A stretch of 62,195 nucleotides of DNA, filler included. It is 8 parts of 8 records of this genome, joined end to end, with 100 filler letters (N's around TTAATTAATTAA, not from the genome) between each part and the next. Parts side by side here need not be neighbours in the genome. Positions count along the whole stretch, not along the records: positions 7,884 to 21,527 come from SRR20825010_6843; 7 more parts are not named here. The stretch is one strand, 5' to 3'. The position numbers were made by a program, and so were the translations under genes. The notes below the pieces were generated by a model that saw nothing but the letters and a program-made list of their open reading frames with translations, was not told the DNA's origin and searched no databases. Below, piece by piece: positions 10,607 through 21,627 of this stretch. Position 1 is the stretch's first letter. Each line of letters opens with the position of its first letter.

Positions 10607-11182
10607 GTGATGAAAACCATTTCGCTCGCGATGCTGTCTAATGAGGCATTGGCGGACGCCTACTTAGGGCGTGACGCTCGCATGGACTCCGCGTTCACGG
10701 AACTCTTTCGTCGACATCGCGATTTGGTTTATCGAGTTTGTGTCCGCTGGTTGGGGCACCATCAAGACGCGGAGGACCTGACCCAAGAAACCTTTCGCCG
10801 GGTCGCGGCATCCATTCAGTCTTGGGACCGTTCGCGGCCGATCGAGCCTTGGCTGACGACCATCGCCGGCAACCGTTGCCGGTCATTTTTGGCCAAGCAG
10901 CGTTCCAAGCCCAGGTTGGCTGGGATCGATGAAACCCACGCGATTATCGCTGGCGTCGACTCACCGGCGGGCGGAGTGCAGGCAGATCAAACGTTGCGTG
11001 AGGCGATGGCTTCGTTGCCCGCGTCTTCTCGGCGAGCGTTTGAATTGGTTCATTTTGATGGGATGTCATACGACCAGGCATCGACGTTGATGGGTCATCC
11101 TGCAGGCACGATCAAAACTTGGGTGCATCGGGCGCGACTGCAAGTGATCCGACGGGTTCGAGAAACCGGAGGTGCCGCGTGA
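10607..11182 (+). CDS. ECF-type sigma-70 factor
   Basis: Region 2 DAEDLTQETF and WLTTIAGN; region 4 MSYDQAS...GTIKTWVHRAR. Confidence 0.93.
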   Translation: MMKTISLAMLSNEALADAYLGRDARMDSAFTELFRRHRDLVYRVCVRWLGHHQDAEDLTQETFRRVAASIQSWDRSRPIEPWLTTIAGNRCRSFLAKQRSKPRLAGIDETHAIIAGVDSPAGGVQADQTLREAMASLPASSRRAFELVHFDGMSYDQASTLMGHPAGTIKTWVHRARLQVIRRVRETGGAA

Positions 11183-11841
11183 GCCACGACTCATTTGTCA
11201 CTGCCGCGAAAAAGATTGCTGCTTGCGATGCGTTTGAAGCTCGTATGAACGAGTGGATCGATTCGGGGTCAAAAATGCCGATCGATGAGGATCGACATTT
11301 GGCCGATTGCCATCACTGTCAACAGACCTTGGCGATCTGGCGTCAGCTAGAAGCCGGAATGCGGGCTCCCGTTGGTGCCGGCGAAACTTCGCAAGGAAAA
11401 GCGTCGTTTGTTCGCATTGCCGCCAGTTTTTCTGTCGCGATCGCAGCTTGTGTGATTGCGATGATCTTTTTGCGGGTTCCGACTGGCGAATTGTCCGTCG
11501 CAGAGGCGGATTCTCCGGCGAACGCGTCAGGCGGTGAGGTAGAATTGGGAGAGCTCGTTTCCTCGCCGAAGCAGCTTGATTCGATGGACGAATTGGCGAC
11601 GCAGACGGTTCCGATCTCGAACGATTCCTTTCGCGTATCCATGCTGGCCGAATCGAAGAAACCGCTTGCGGATGTTTCGGACGGGATGGTGACGCAAAGC
11701 GATGTCGCCGAACCGGCCTCCGGTCAGAACATGTTGTTGGCTCAGTTCATCGCTCAGTCTCGTCCAACGGTCGCACAATTGAGCGTTGGAGTGGCGCCGC
11801 TCGGTCGGACACTGCAACGCACGGCATATCTTTTCTACTGA
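11179..11841 (+). CDS. Putative zinc-binding membrane anti-sigma factor (ZAS)
   Basis: GTG start overlaps the sigma stop (GTGA); HLADCHHC matches HxxxCxxC; one TM segment follows. Confidence 0.8.
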   Translation: MSHDSFVTAAKKIAACDAFEARMNEWIDSGSKMPIDEDRHLADCHHCQQTLAIWRQLEAGMRAPVGAGETSQGKASFVRIAASFSVAIAACVIAMIFLRVPTGELSVAEADSPANASGGEVELGELVSSPKQLDSMDELATQTVPISNDSFRVSMLAESKKPLADVSDGMVTQSDVAEPASGQNMLLAQFIAQSRPTVAQLSVGVAPLGRTLQRTAYLFY

Positions 11842-11898
11842 TTGCATCTACATCGAGTCCCCATGAGATTCACCTTTCGCAACTCGGATGGCAAGCGA

Positions 11899-14427
11899 AT
11901 GTCCAATCGGGTGAGGAAGGTGACGACGGCGGTCTTAGCAGTCGTTTTCGCGACATGGATCATCGGCCAATCCAACCTGGTTTGTGCTGAACAATTGATC
12001 TCGCTGCGCAACGGGATGGTGCTGCGAGGCATCTACTTAGAAGTTGCCAGCATGAACCAAAATGCGTTTTCTGCTGGCAACGAGGGCGGCATTCAGAACC
12101 GCCCGATTTGGGTGGTCGATGATGGTCTGCGGCGAACTTATGTGCACCGTCGAGGGATGGTCGCAGCAGAGCCCCGAGATGTTCCTGATTTGCACGAGCG
12201 GATCGAATTCTTTCAACCGGTGCCCGATGGTGGCGAACAAGTTGCGTCCATTGGACAAACGCTCGGCGTGACCCCGTTCAACCAATTTGGTCGTCGGCGA
12301 TTGACCGTTCGTGGTCCAACCGGTTCGCCGTTTCCGATTCTGCAAGGGATCACTGAGTTGACCGCGAAATACGCGAAGGTCGAGGCCCTCAAAACGGATG
12401 ACTCGATCAATCTGGACATGCGAATCGCGACATCCAGTATTAGTAGCGATCAGTTGCGGGACATCTTTCGTCGCAACACGGATCCGAACGATGTTGATGC
12501 TCGGTTGAACGTCGTGAGGTTCTTTGCCGAATCGGAACGGTACGCCGACGCGCGTCGTGAATTGGTTCGCGTGCTTGATCAGTTTCCGGAGAGTGCGGAT
12601 CTCAAACCGATCGTCGGTCAATATGTCGAGAATGAAGCAAGTCAATTGCTCGAGCAAGCGGAACTGCGGCGCGAATCAGGACAGCCGAAGCTGGCACGAG
12701 CGATCTTGGATCAATTTCCAACGCAAGTCGTCAGCCGAGTCACGCAGGTCAAAGTCGCTGACATGATCGGCTCGATGGATGAGACGCAAAAGCAAATTGA
12801 TACCGTCCATCAACGACTGACTGAGTTGGTCGGTGAGCTTCAGGAGCCCGTCCAGAATTCATTGGGCGGATTGGTAGCTGAGATCAAGTCGGAGTTGGCT
12901 CCGGCGACGCTTCCGCGAATGAGTGACTTCATTCGGATGGGCGGCAACTCGACCATGGATTCCGAAACACGTGTGTCGCTCGCAATCGCCGGCTGGTTGC
13001 TCGGCAATGGCTCGGGTGAAACCAACCTGAAGATTGTGTTGTCATTGATCGACGTCCGAGCTCTGGTTCGCGAATATTTGGCTGAGCAAGATCCTGGCAA
13101 GCGACAAGAAATCCTGGAGCGTCTGTCCTCACTTGAAGGTGCGCGGGCGGACTACATCGCAAAAATGTTGCCTTTGATGAAGCCAGCTTTGATCGATGCG
13201 ATCGAAGTGGACGAGTCGATTGTGGAAGATCCGTCAGTGGCGGGAATGTTGCAGGTGGGATTGGACCAAGCCGGGTTCCATGCCGCGCAAGCCGAGGACT
13301 CTCGTTCGCTTCCACCGGTGTCTTACGTGGTGCAATTGCCGCCGGAGTACGACCCGAACCGAACTTATCCGTGCGTTGTAGCGATGCATGCGGCGGGTGC
13401 GATCGCGGAGACACAGCTCAATTGGTGGTCGGGTGTTCCGCAGAAAGCGTTCTTGCAGCAAAACTCAAGCGATCAGCCATCGTCCAGTGAAGCGATGTCT
13501 GAGGAAGGTTCGAGCGAAGACGCCGCAGAAGTCGCTGCCCAGGTGAATTCTCCCACGATGCGACTGGGGCATTCGATCAGGCATGGATTCATCGTGGTCG
13601 CACCACGTTGGACTCGCGGCGGCCAGAACGATTACGAGTACACCATGCGAGAGCACGATGCCGTGCTGAGTTCATTGCGTCACGCGATGCGGCATTTTGC
13701 GATCGATGCCGACCGAGTGTTTATCGCGGGTCACGGATCCGGAGGAACGGCGGCGTGGGACATCGCGGTTTCGCATCCCGACTTATGGGCGGGCATGATC
13801 AGCATCAGCAGTCGCCCTGGCAAAACGTTGTTGCACTACAACGAGAACTCAAAGTACATGCCGGTTTACATCGTCAAAGGGGACAAGGACGGAGTGCCGC
13901 TGCGTGATTTCGGAGCCATCTATGATCGCTATGTGACCTATGATCACGACACCATGATTGTGTTGTATCGTGGCCGCGGTTTGGATTTCTTCTACGAAGA
14001 AGCGGACCGGATTTTCGAATGGATGAAGACGCCAGGGCACCGACGTGCCGCACCGCCGGATGACTTGGAGGTGGTCTCGATGCGAGATGGCGATCGGTTC
14101 TTTTGGTGGATGGAATGGGATGAGATGCTTCCAGGTTTGTCCGTCAATCCATTTTTGTGGGATGAGGCGGAGCGTTTAAAAGCAGCCCCTGTAAAGGCTC
14201 GGGTGATGGCCAATAACGAAGTCATCATCACGCAGGCTCCTTCCAATGCTTTCAAGATTTGGTTGTATCCACAGATGCCACTGGATTTCAACGAACCTAT
14301 CTCGGTCCGCTACCGTTCCCGCCGCAAGGATTTCACGTTCGATCAATCTGTCGGTGTGATGCTGGAGGACGTTCGAGTTCGAGCGGATCGTGAACGCCCG
14401 TTTTGGGGAGTGGTTCAGATTCCCTGA
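11899..14427 (+). CDS. Large exported protein with C-terminal alpha/beta-hydrolase (esterase/peptidase-like) domain
   Basis: Signal-peptide-like N-terminus from ATG 11899, helical middle, then YVVQLPPEYDP..YPCVVAMH and IDADRVFIAGHGSGG..AWDIAVSHPDLWAG. Confidence 0.8.
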   Translation: MSNRVRKVTTAVLAVVFATWIIGQSNLVCAEQLISLRNGMVLRGIYLEVASMNQNAFSAGNEGGIQNRPIWVVDDGLRRTYVHRRGMVAAEPRDVPDLHERIEFFQPVPDGGEQVASIGQTLGVTPFNQFGRRRLTVRGPTGSPFPILQGITELTAKYAKVEALKTDDSINLDMRIATSSISSDQLRDIFRRNTDPNDVDARLNVVRFFAESERYADARRELVRVLDQFPESADLKPIVGQYVENEASQLLEQAELRRESGQPKLARAILDQFPTQVVSRVTQVKVADMIGSMDETQKQIDTVHQRLTELVGELQEPVQNSLGGLVAEIKSELAPATLPRMSDFIRMGGNSTMDSETRVSLAIAGWLLGNGSGETNLKIVLSLIDVRALVREYLAEQDPGKRQEILERLSSLEGARADYIAKMLPLMKPALIDAIEVDESIVEDPSVAGMLQVGLDQAGFHAAQAEDSRSLPPVSYVVQLPPEYDPNRTYPCVVAMHAAGAIAETQLNWWSGVPQKAFLQQNSSDQPSSSEAMSEEGSSEDAAEVAAQVNSPTMRLGHSIRHGFIVVAPRWTRGGQNDYEYTMREHDAVLSSLRHAMRHFAIDADRVFIAGHGSGGTAAWDIAVSHPDLWAGMISISSRPGKTLLHYNENSKYMPVYIVKGDKDGVPLRDFGAIYDRYVTYDHDTMIVLYRGRGLDFFYEEADRIFEWMKTPGHRRAAPPDDLEVVSMRDGDRFFWWMEWDEMLPGLSVNPFLWDEAERLKAAPVKARVMANNEVIITQAPSNAFKIWLYPQMPLDFNEPISVRYRSRRKDFTFDQSVGVMLEDVRVRADRERPFWGVVQIP

Positions 14428-14686
14428 GGACACTTTTCTCAAGGTGTCCGGTGCGAACGAGCGATGCGGCATCACAATGGCGGGCGGTCCGCCAAAGCTT
14501 CGCTCATGGGGGAGTCGCTGGGCCATCCGCCCGTATTCGGTTGTCCAAAACAGATGACACCCCGCGATCATCTCTCGTAACAACCGATTCAGGCACGATT
14601 GACCGGTCTACTCTGGCACTGTCCGGTGGGCTACCTTGGTAGGACGTACTGGTGCGATTGGCCGCATGATCGTTGCCGCGTGATCT

Positions 14687-15781
14687 TTGGACAAAGAGAA
14701 CTTGACTGAGACATCCTGGATGAATGCACCTGAATCGAATTCTGCTGCCATTGGCGAAGCGGACCTCAACCTGCTTCATGACGCTCGCCGGCGAGTGATA
14801 GAAGAGTTGGGCAAGATCATTGTCGGCCAAGAAGAAGTCATCGACGAGATTCTGATTTGTTTGTTCAGCCGCGGCCACGTTTTGTTGGAAGGCGTGCCTG
14901 GTTTGGCAAAGACGCTGATGATCAGCACGCTGGCGAAGACGCTGGATCTTTCCTTCAGTCGAATCCAATTCACACCTGACTTGATGCCTGCCGACGTAAC
15001 CGGCACCGAGATCATGGAAGAGGATCGTGCGACCGGGCATCGCGAATTGCGATTCATGCCTGGGCCATTGTTTGCCAATGTGGTGTTGGCCGATGAGATC
15101 AACCGGACGCCGCCTAAGACGCAAGCATCTCTGCTCGAAGCGATGCAAGAACGACAAGTCACGGCGGGGCGCGAGCGGCACCAACTCGATGACCCGTTCT
15201 TTGTGTTGGCAACCCAGAACCCGATTGAGCAAGAAGGCACTTACCCGCTGCCCGAAGCTCAGCAAGACCGGTTCATGTTCAAGATCTACGTCGATTACCC
15301 TTCGTTTGACGAAGAGTTCGAAGTGGCTCGGCGAACCACCGGAACCGCAACCGCGGAAGCGGAACCCGTTCTTCGCGGCGAAGAAATTTTGCGATTGCAG
15401 CAGCTCGTCCGACAGGTTCCTGTTAGCGACCACATCGTTCGATACGCGTTGTCGCTGGTCCGCCAAACCCGCGTTGGCGGTGAAGGTGTGCCGGACTTCG
15501 TGGAAGATCTGGTTGGCTGGGGGGCTGGGCCGCGAGCGGTTCAGTTTCTGATCCTCGGCGGCAAGGCTCGTGCGTTGTTGCAAGGTCGCCACCATGTGCA
15601 AGTCGAAGACATTCAAGCTCTCGCACCGCCCGTTTTGCGTCACCGGATGGTGGTGAACTTTGCCGCCGAAAGCGAAGGCATTACCAGCGACGAAGTGGTC
15701 GCCCGAATCATTGATGCCACCCCGACGACCGAGGACGAATTGTCTCGCGATGCCCGATTCCAAAAGATATTTGCGTCCTGA
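14687..15781 (+). CDS. moxR: MoxR family AAA+ ATPase (start may be ATG 14720)
   Basis: Walker [50 protein letters not shown]. Confidence 0.96.
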   Translation: MDKENLTETSWMNAPESNSAAIGEADLNLLHDARRRVIEELGKIIVGQEEVIDEILICLFSRGHVLLEGVPGLAKTLMISTLAKTLDLSFSRIQFTPDLMPADVTGTEIMEEDRATGHRELRFMPGPLFANVVLADEINRTPPKTQASLLEAMQERQVTAGRERHQLDDPFFVLATQNPIEQEGTYPLPEAQQDRFMFKIYVDYPSFDEEFEVARRTTGTATAEAEPVLRGEEILRLQQLVRQVPVSDHIVRYALSLVRQTRVGGEGVPDFVEDLVGWGAGPRAVQFLILGGKARALLQGRHHVQVEDIQALAPPVLRHRMVVNFAAESEGITSDEVVARIIDATPTTEDELSRDARFQKIFAS

Positions 15782-16652
15782 GGTTACCGCTCGCATTCGC
15801 CGATTGGAATTGACCGCTCGGCGGGTGGTGGAGGGTTTTCTTTCAGGGATGCACCGAAGTCCTTACTTCGGTCAATCGATCGAATTTCTGCAACACCGCC
15901 AGTATGTCGCTGGCGATGAGTTGCGGCACATCGATTGGAAGGTGTACGCGCGTCAGGATCGGCTGCACATCAAACAATACGAAGAAGAAACCAACTTGCG
16001 ATTGCAGTTGTTGGTCGATTGCAGCGGCAGCATGTCGTACGGCGATGGTGACGAAAACAAGTTCGAATACGCAGCGTCACTCGCGGCGTCGCTGGCGTAC
16101 CTCGCCCTTCGCCAAAAAGATGCTTGTGGGTTGTACACTTTTGACACGCAGCTTCGGGACAGCGTGCCTGCTAAGTCCAGTCAACATCAACTCAACCGCA
16201 TGTTGACTTGTCTCGCGTCGGCGGATCACGAGGGCGAGACAAAACTCGATCATGTCGCCAAGCAACTTGCATCGGCAATACCTCGAGCGGGCGTCGTGTG
16301 CGTGATCTCTGATTTGCTAGGTGTGGAAGAGTTGCAGGAAGGCCTGAGAGTCTTGCGTGCTCGTGGTCATGACGTGGCGTTGATACACGTTTTGCACGAT
16401 GACGAAATGGATTTCGACTTCACCGGAGCAACCCGGTTTGAAGGACTGGAAGTCGAGTCCGCTCTGAATTGCAATCCCGCCGCGCTCCGCGAAGGCTATC
16501 TCGAAGCTTTGGATGACTTCTTGGAAAAGACCCGGCGAGCTTGTGGCCGTTTGAAGATCGATTATTTGCAAGTCCGTACCAGCGAACCGCTCGACGCCGT
16601 GTTGGCACGGTTTCTGTCGGCGAGGCAAGCACTTCCCAAACTTCGTAATTGA
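15750..16652 (+). CDS. DUF58 domain protein (MoxR-associated, vWA-like)
   Basis: [41 protein letters not shown] overlaps the end of moxR. Confidence 0.93.
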   Translation: MPDSKRYLRPEVTARIRRLELTARRVVEGFLSGMHRSPYFGQSIEFLQHRQYVAGDELRHIDWKVYARQDRLHIKQYEEETNLRLQLLVDCSGSMSYGDGDENKFEYAASLAASLAYLALRQKDACGLYTFDTQLRDSVPAKSSQHQLNRMLTCLASADHEGETKLDHVAKQLASAIPRAGVVCVISDLLGVEELQEGLRVLRARGHDVALIHVLHDDEMDFDFTGATRFEGLEVESALNCNPAALREGYLEALDDFLEKTRRACGRLKIDYLQVRTSEPLDAVLARFLSARQALPKLRN

Positions 16653-16785
16653 GATGCTTTCATCCATCGAAGACAATTCGATCACTGGCCTAGACTTCCC
16701 GCCGGTGGAATCAAAAACAAATGCGGGAAGCCGTTGCCACGCTCGTTTCCATTCCTCTGAGTCCAACCTTTAAAGCACCAACGTC

Positions 16786-19374
16786 TTGTTCCTTTATCCC
16801 GCCCTATCGATTGGTTTCGCGTTCGTCGCGGTGCCGCTCTTGGTCCACTTGATCAACTTGCTTCGGCATCGCCGAACCAAGTGGGCGGCGATGGAATTTT
16901 TGCTTGCCAGTTATCGCAAGCAACGTCGTTGGATTGTTCTGCGACAACTGTTGTTGTTGCTGTCGCGTTTGGCTGTCGCGGCACTGCTGATCGCCTTGTT
17001 GGCCGGATTGGTTGGCGGACGCGAATGGATCGGGGCGCTGGGAGGTCAGACGTCACATCATGTGATCATTCTCGACGACAGCTACTCGATGCAGCAAATC
17101 GTTTCGCGTCGAGGTGCTGAAGAAGGCGGGGTGGACGCTGATGCAACCGGCGTCGTGGGAAACACCGCATACGACCGAGCGTTGGCATCGGTGTCTGGGT
17201 TGGTCAAACGTTTGGCCGCCGATGGTGACAATCACACGTTGACAGTGATGCGTGCCAGTCGAGCCGCGATGGTATCGGCCGGTGAGAATGCATCTGCTGA
17301 CGTGGCAGCTGACCTATCCGCACAGACCATTTCACCCGATGGAAGACAAGTCGATCGTTTGATGGCGACGCGAGCCTCTTCGCTGCGAACCGATTTGGTT
17401 CCCGCGATTGATTTGGCATCGGACTTGATCGCTGCCACGACCGCGGACACGCAAACGCTGTATGTCGTCAGTGATTTTTCTCAACGAGATTGGGCCGCAC
17501 CCCGGCGCATGGCGGAGGCTCTGGAATCAGTCGATCAAGCGGGCGCAAAGATCCGCATGATCGATTGCGTTGAAAACCGAACCGGCAACACCACTCGTAA
17601 CTTGGCAATCACGGATTTGAGTCCGACGCCCGATGTTTGGGTCGCGGGCGTTCCCGTGGTCGTCAACGTCACGGTGAAGAACTATTCACCTCGTGAAGCA
17701 ACGAACGTGGCGCTGTCTGCCAGCGTTATCACCTACGGCGATCAAGTCAAAACGGCGGACCCGACAGTTACCGTCAGCGGCGAAGTTCAAAACTTGCCGG
17801 TGATTCTGATCGACTCGATTCCGGGTGGACAGCAACTGACCAAGTCGTTTCAGATTTTTATCAATCAAGTTGGAACGCACGTTGTTAAAGTCAATTTGCC
17901 AACCGATGCGTTGGAGATTGATAACTCACGAGTTTGCACGATTCCGTTGGTCGATGCTCAGCGAGTTTTAGTGATCGACGGTGGTGACTCGGACGAAATT
18001 GGTGCCTACCACGTCGCGTCGGTTTTGGATCCCGGCAGCCAAGTTCGGATCGGTGCGATTCCCGAAGTTCAGCCTGTCACCATGTTGCGTGATGTGACGG
18101 CGGAGCAATTGTCACGTTATCGAGCGGTCTATTTGATCGATGTTCCTGAGCTTTCGAAACGGGCCGTCGATGCCCTGACGCAATACGTGAGCGATGGAGG
18201 CGGGTTGGCTTGGTTCCTTGGCGACGACGTCGATGCGGACAACTACAACAAGCTGGTCGGCGGGAAAGCCGGTGGGCTTTTGCCGTTTGATATCGCCCCA
18301 ACCTTGGATCTCGGTGGCGAGGCCGGAGAATCGCCCAAGTTGGTGCTCGGCAAGAACGCTGATTTGCTGGGCCCGATCGCTTCGGCAGGCAACGGCATTT
18401 TTGGATTGGTCAGTATTCGTCGGCAATGGGTGCCCGCGGTGTCTCCCGCCGAAGAACTCCGCGAAGAGTTGACGGGTGACGATGCGGAAGTCGAGCTGTC
18501 TCAGTTAAACGTTCAGACACTGTTGGCTCGAGCCGATGAAACCCCAGTCGCGACACTGCACGGGATGGGGCGGGGCCGAGTGGTGACGGTCACGACAGGA
18601 CTGGATGGCAATTGGAACAACTGGCCGGGCGATCCAACGTTTGTGGTGTTCTTGCTGCAAAGCAACGCGATGTTGTTCAGCGGTTCGGCTCCACCGACCA
18701 GTCGAGTGGTCGATTCGGTTGCTGAAATTGATGTGCCTAGTGAAAGCTATCTGCCGACGGTTGTGTTGTTGCCGCCCGCCAATGAACCGCCTCGGTTGGA
18801 AATCGAGTTGGAAGCCGAATCCAGTGAATCGACGATCAAGGTTTCGCCGCGCGAATTGATCGTCGCGGACCAAGCTGGTTTGGATGAGTTGCTGATGCCC
18901 GGCACGATCGAGTGGCAGCGTACCGGAACGGATGGGCAAACCAGCGTGATGCCGGTGGCGTCTGTGTTGAACGTCGGCGAGTCGGATTTGGCTCGGGTCA
19001 CCAGCGCCGAAGTGATTCGAGACTTGTTGCCTTTGGAGGTTGAGTTTCTTTCGCCGGGCGACTGGGGAGGCTCGGGTGTTGGCGGCGGGATGTCAACGTT
19101 CCTGCTGATATTGCTAATACTATTGGTGTTGATGTTGGCGATCGAGCAAGCTCTCGCAGCATGGGCTTCGTATCACGTTCGGCCAACGAGCGACGGTGCT
19201 ATCGGAAGTCGAAAGAATCGTGGACGACGAACCAGTTCGGCATCGGAGTTGCCTCGTCCGGCACCGCGAGGGCGTTCTCGAAAGCGGACGGTTGGAACAT
19301 CCACTCATAGCGGAAATGGATCTGGCGACGCAGCGTCCAGTGCGAATTCATCCACGGCGGGAGCATCGCGATGA
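16786..19374 (+). CDS. BatA N-terminal/vWA domain membrane protein
   Basis: BatA-type N-terminus (VPLLVHLI...WAAMEFL), MIDAS DDSYS, GATase-like segment, C-terminal TM; TTG start. Confidence 0.88.
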   Translation: MFLYPALSIGFAFVAVPLLVHLINLLRHRRTKWAAMEFLLASYRKQRRWIVLRQLLLLLSRLAVAALLIALLAGLVGGREWIGALGGQTSHHVIILDDSYSMQQIVSRRGAEEGGVDADATGVVGNTAYDRALASVSGLVKRLAADGDNHTLTVMRASRAAMVSAGENASADVAADLSAQTISPDGRQVDRLMATRASSLRTDLVPAIDLASDLIAATTADTQTLYVVSDFSQRDWAAPRRMAEALESVDQAGAKIRMIDCVENRTGNTTRNLAITDLSPTPDVWVAGVPVVVNVTVKNYSPREATNVALSASVITYGDQVKTADPTVTVSGEVQNLPVILIDSIPGGQQLTKSFQIFINQVGTHVVKVNLPTDALEIDNSRVCTIPLVDAQRVLVIDGGDSDEIGAYHVASVLDPGSQVRIGAIPEVQPVTMLRDVTAEQLSRYRAVYLIDVPELSKRAVDALTQYVSDGGGLAWFLGDDVDADNYNKLVGGKAGGLLPFDIAPTLDLGGEAGESPKLVLGKNADLLGPIASAGNGIFGLVSIRRQWVPAVSPAEELREELTGDDAEVELSQLNVQTLLARADETPVATLHGMGRGRVVTVTTGLDGNWNNWPGDPTFVVFLLQSNAMLFSGSAPPTSRVVDSVAEIDVPSESYLPTVVLLPPANEPPRLEIELEAESSESTIKVSPRELIVADQAGLDELLMPGTIEWQRTGTDGQTSVMPVASVLNVGESDLARVTSAEVIRDLLPLEVEFLSPGDWGGSGVGGGMSTFLLILLILLVLMLAIEQALAAWASYHVRPTSDGAIGSRKNRGRRTSSASELPRPAPRGRSRKRTVGTSTHSGNGSGDAASSANSSTAGASR

Positions 19375-21527
19375 ACCCTTCAGAACAAGTAGTCTACGAA
19401 TTCGCGAGAGCGACCAGCCTGGACGGATGGTGGGTCTGGGCCGCCGTGGTTTTGGGTTTGGCCGTCGCCTATTCGGCATGCATTTTCTACTACAAGCGAG
19501 ATGTTGGCGAGCTTCGTCGCCCGGTGCGATGGACTCTGATCGGTTTGCGTTTGGTTGCCATCACAGCACTCGTGTTCTTGTTCTTTGATTTGGTTCGGCG
19601 TACCGAGCGGCGGGTGACGCGGCCGAGCGAAGTCATCGTGATGGTTGATACCAGTCAAAGCATGTCGCTGCCGTCCGGTGATTCGATTGAGGCTCCATCG
19701 CGAGTCGAGCGAGCACGAGAATTGGTCGCTGATTCGGAGCTGGTTCAATCGTTCGCGAAAGAGCATCGGACGAGTGTCTATCTTTTCGATCAGGCGACCG
19801 AGCCTCGTTTGGTGCAAACCAAATTCGACCAAGAGGGCACATCCGCCAGCAAGCAATCCTTGAACGAAGAGGCATTTGCTGAACCAATCAGTCCGTTTGT
19901 TTTGTTCGGCGGTTTTTGTTTGGTCATCTCCGCGATCGCGTCGTTGGTCGCTTTCTCGATGGGGATGTTCGGCATCGGCCAGTCAAATAAATCCGGCAGG
20001 CGATTGACCAAAGCAACCAGTGCCGAGACGCCCGGATCGGCTTCCGCGATCGGTTGGTCTCTGTTGGCCGCCGCGATCACGCTGGTCATCGGCATCGTTT
20101 CGATTGGCGGGGTCTATGCCGTGCACACTGACCGTTCACTGGCTCAGCTTTTTGGTTGGGAATCCACCGCTGAATCGCAACCGGAAGAGACGGATTCGAT
20201 ATCAAACGAGACGGGTGAATCCACGGATGAGGAATCAAATTCCCCAACGATGAAGGCCGTCGATTGGGACGAAGTCATTGTCGCCGGTGGTGCTCAGAGC
20301 CGGATTGGTGACGCGTTGCGATCGGTCTTGGTAGATCACGATCCAACAACACTCGCAGGCGTGATCGTGATCACGGATGGTCAGAATAACGGTGGTGCGA
20401 CGCTTTCGTCGGCACTGGCATTGGCACGCCGTGGTGAAGTGGCGGTTTATCCTGTTGGTTTGGGAAGCAGCCAGCCACCGACCAACATCCGTGTGGTTGA
20501 TTTGGAAGTCCCACGCCGTGTTTATCCGGGAGACAAATTTGTTGTTGCTTCTGTGTTGCAGGCAACCGGAACATCGCCTTTGGAGGTGGATGTCGAATTG
20601 GTCGATGCATTGGACACAGGCGATGAAGGAGCCGCGGCCGATGCGGAAGGCAATCCGACGGACGCAGCGACTAGCTTGCCCGGCGGCGTGGTTTTGGAAA
20701 CTCAACGAGTCAAGCTGGAGCCCGATGCGACGCTCACCGACATTCGGTTTGAAGTTGAACCTCAAACGGTCGGCCGGCGACGATTGGCCGTCCGCGTCGT
20801 GGCTCCCGTCGAAGATCGCAATGCCACCGACAACATGCAGACGGCTCGCTACGAAGTGGTCGCTCGAAAGCTGCGTGTGTTGGCCATCGCCGGAGGACCG
20901 ACCCGCGAATATCGCTTTGTTCGAAACTTGCTGTTCCGAGACGAATCGGTGCAACTCGACGTGTGGCTGCAGACCGGTATTCAGGGAATGAGCCAAGACG
21001 CGGACGAGTTGCTGGCTCGGTTCCCAGAGACCGCGGAAGAGTTGTTTGAATACGACGCGGTGGTGATGTTCGATCCTGATTGGTCAGCGATCGATTCGGC
21101 ATCGCTTGACTTGATGGATCGCTTCATGACTCAGCAAGCCGGTGGTTTGGTGTTGGTGGCTGGTCCGGTTTTCCATCCGAAGATCTCGGGAGATCGTGCC
21201 GATCCGCGATCCAGTCAGATCGCTGCGTTCTTTCCAGTGAATCTGGCGACGAGAGGACCTTTGCTGGGCGGTGGACGCCAGGGTGGGTCGGAAGCATGGC
21301 CATTGAAGTTCACGCCGGAAGCTTCTCAAGCAGAGTTCCTTTGGGTGGGTGATACTCCGGAGGACAGTTTTGAAGTCTGGCAAGAATTTGGCGGATTCTA
21401 CGATTACGTTGGCGTCAAAAGTGCGAAGCCCGGTGCGAAGGTTTACGCGTATTTCTCGGACCCAACCACGGAAGTCAGCGGCAGTCTGCCGATCTTCATG
21501 GCGAGCCAGTTCTACGGTGCGGGGCGC
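19371..21527 (+). CDS. Membrane vWA domain protein with glutamine amidotransferase-like domain (3' partial)
   Basis: Two N-terminal TM segments, DTSQS MIDAS, ITDGQ, REYRFVRNLLFRD, FPETAEELFEYD. Confidence 0.85.
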
Positions 21528-21627
21528 NNNNNNNNNNNNNNNNNNNNNNNNNNNNNNNNNNNNNNNNNNNNTTAATTAATTAANNNNNNNNNNNNNNNNN
21601 NNNNNNNNNNNNNNNNNNNNNNNNNNN
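21528..21627. other. Artificial contig spacer
   Basis: N44-TTAATTAATTAA-N44. Confidence 0.99.

Noticed and set aside
14504-15796. 430-aa antisense ORF over moxR
   Set aside because: Typical stop-poor reverse frame of a GC-rich conserved gene.
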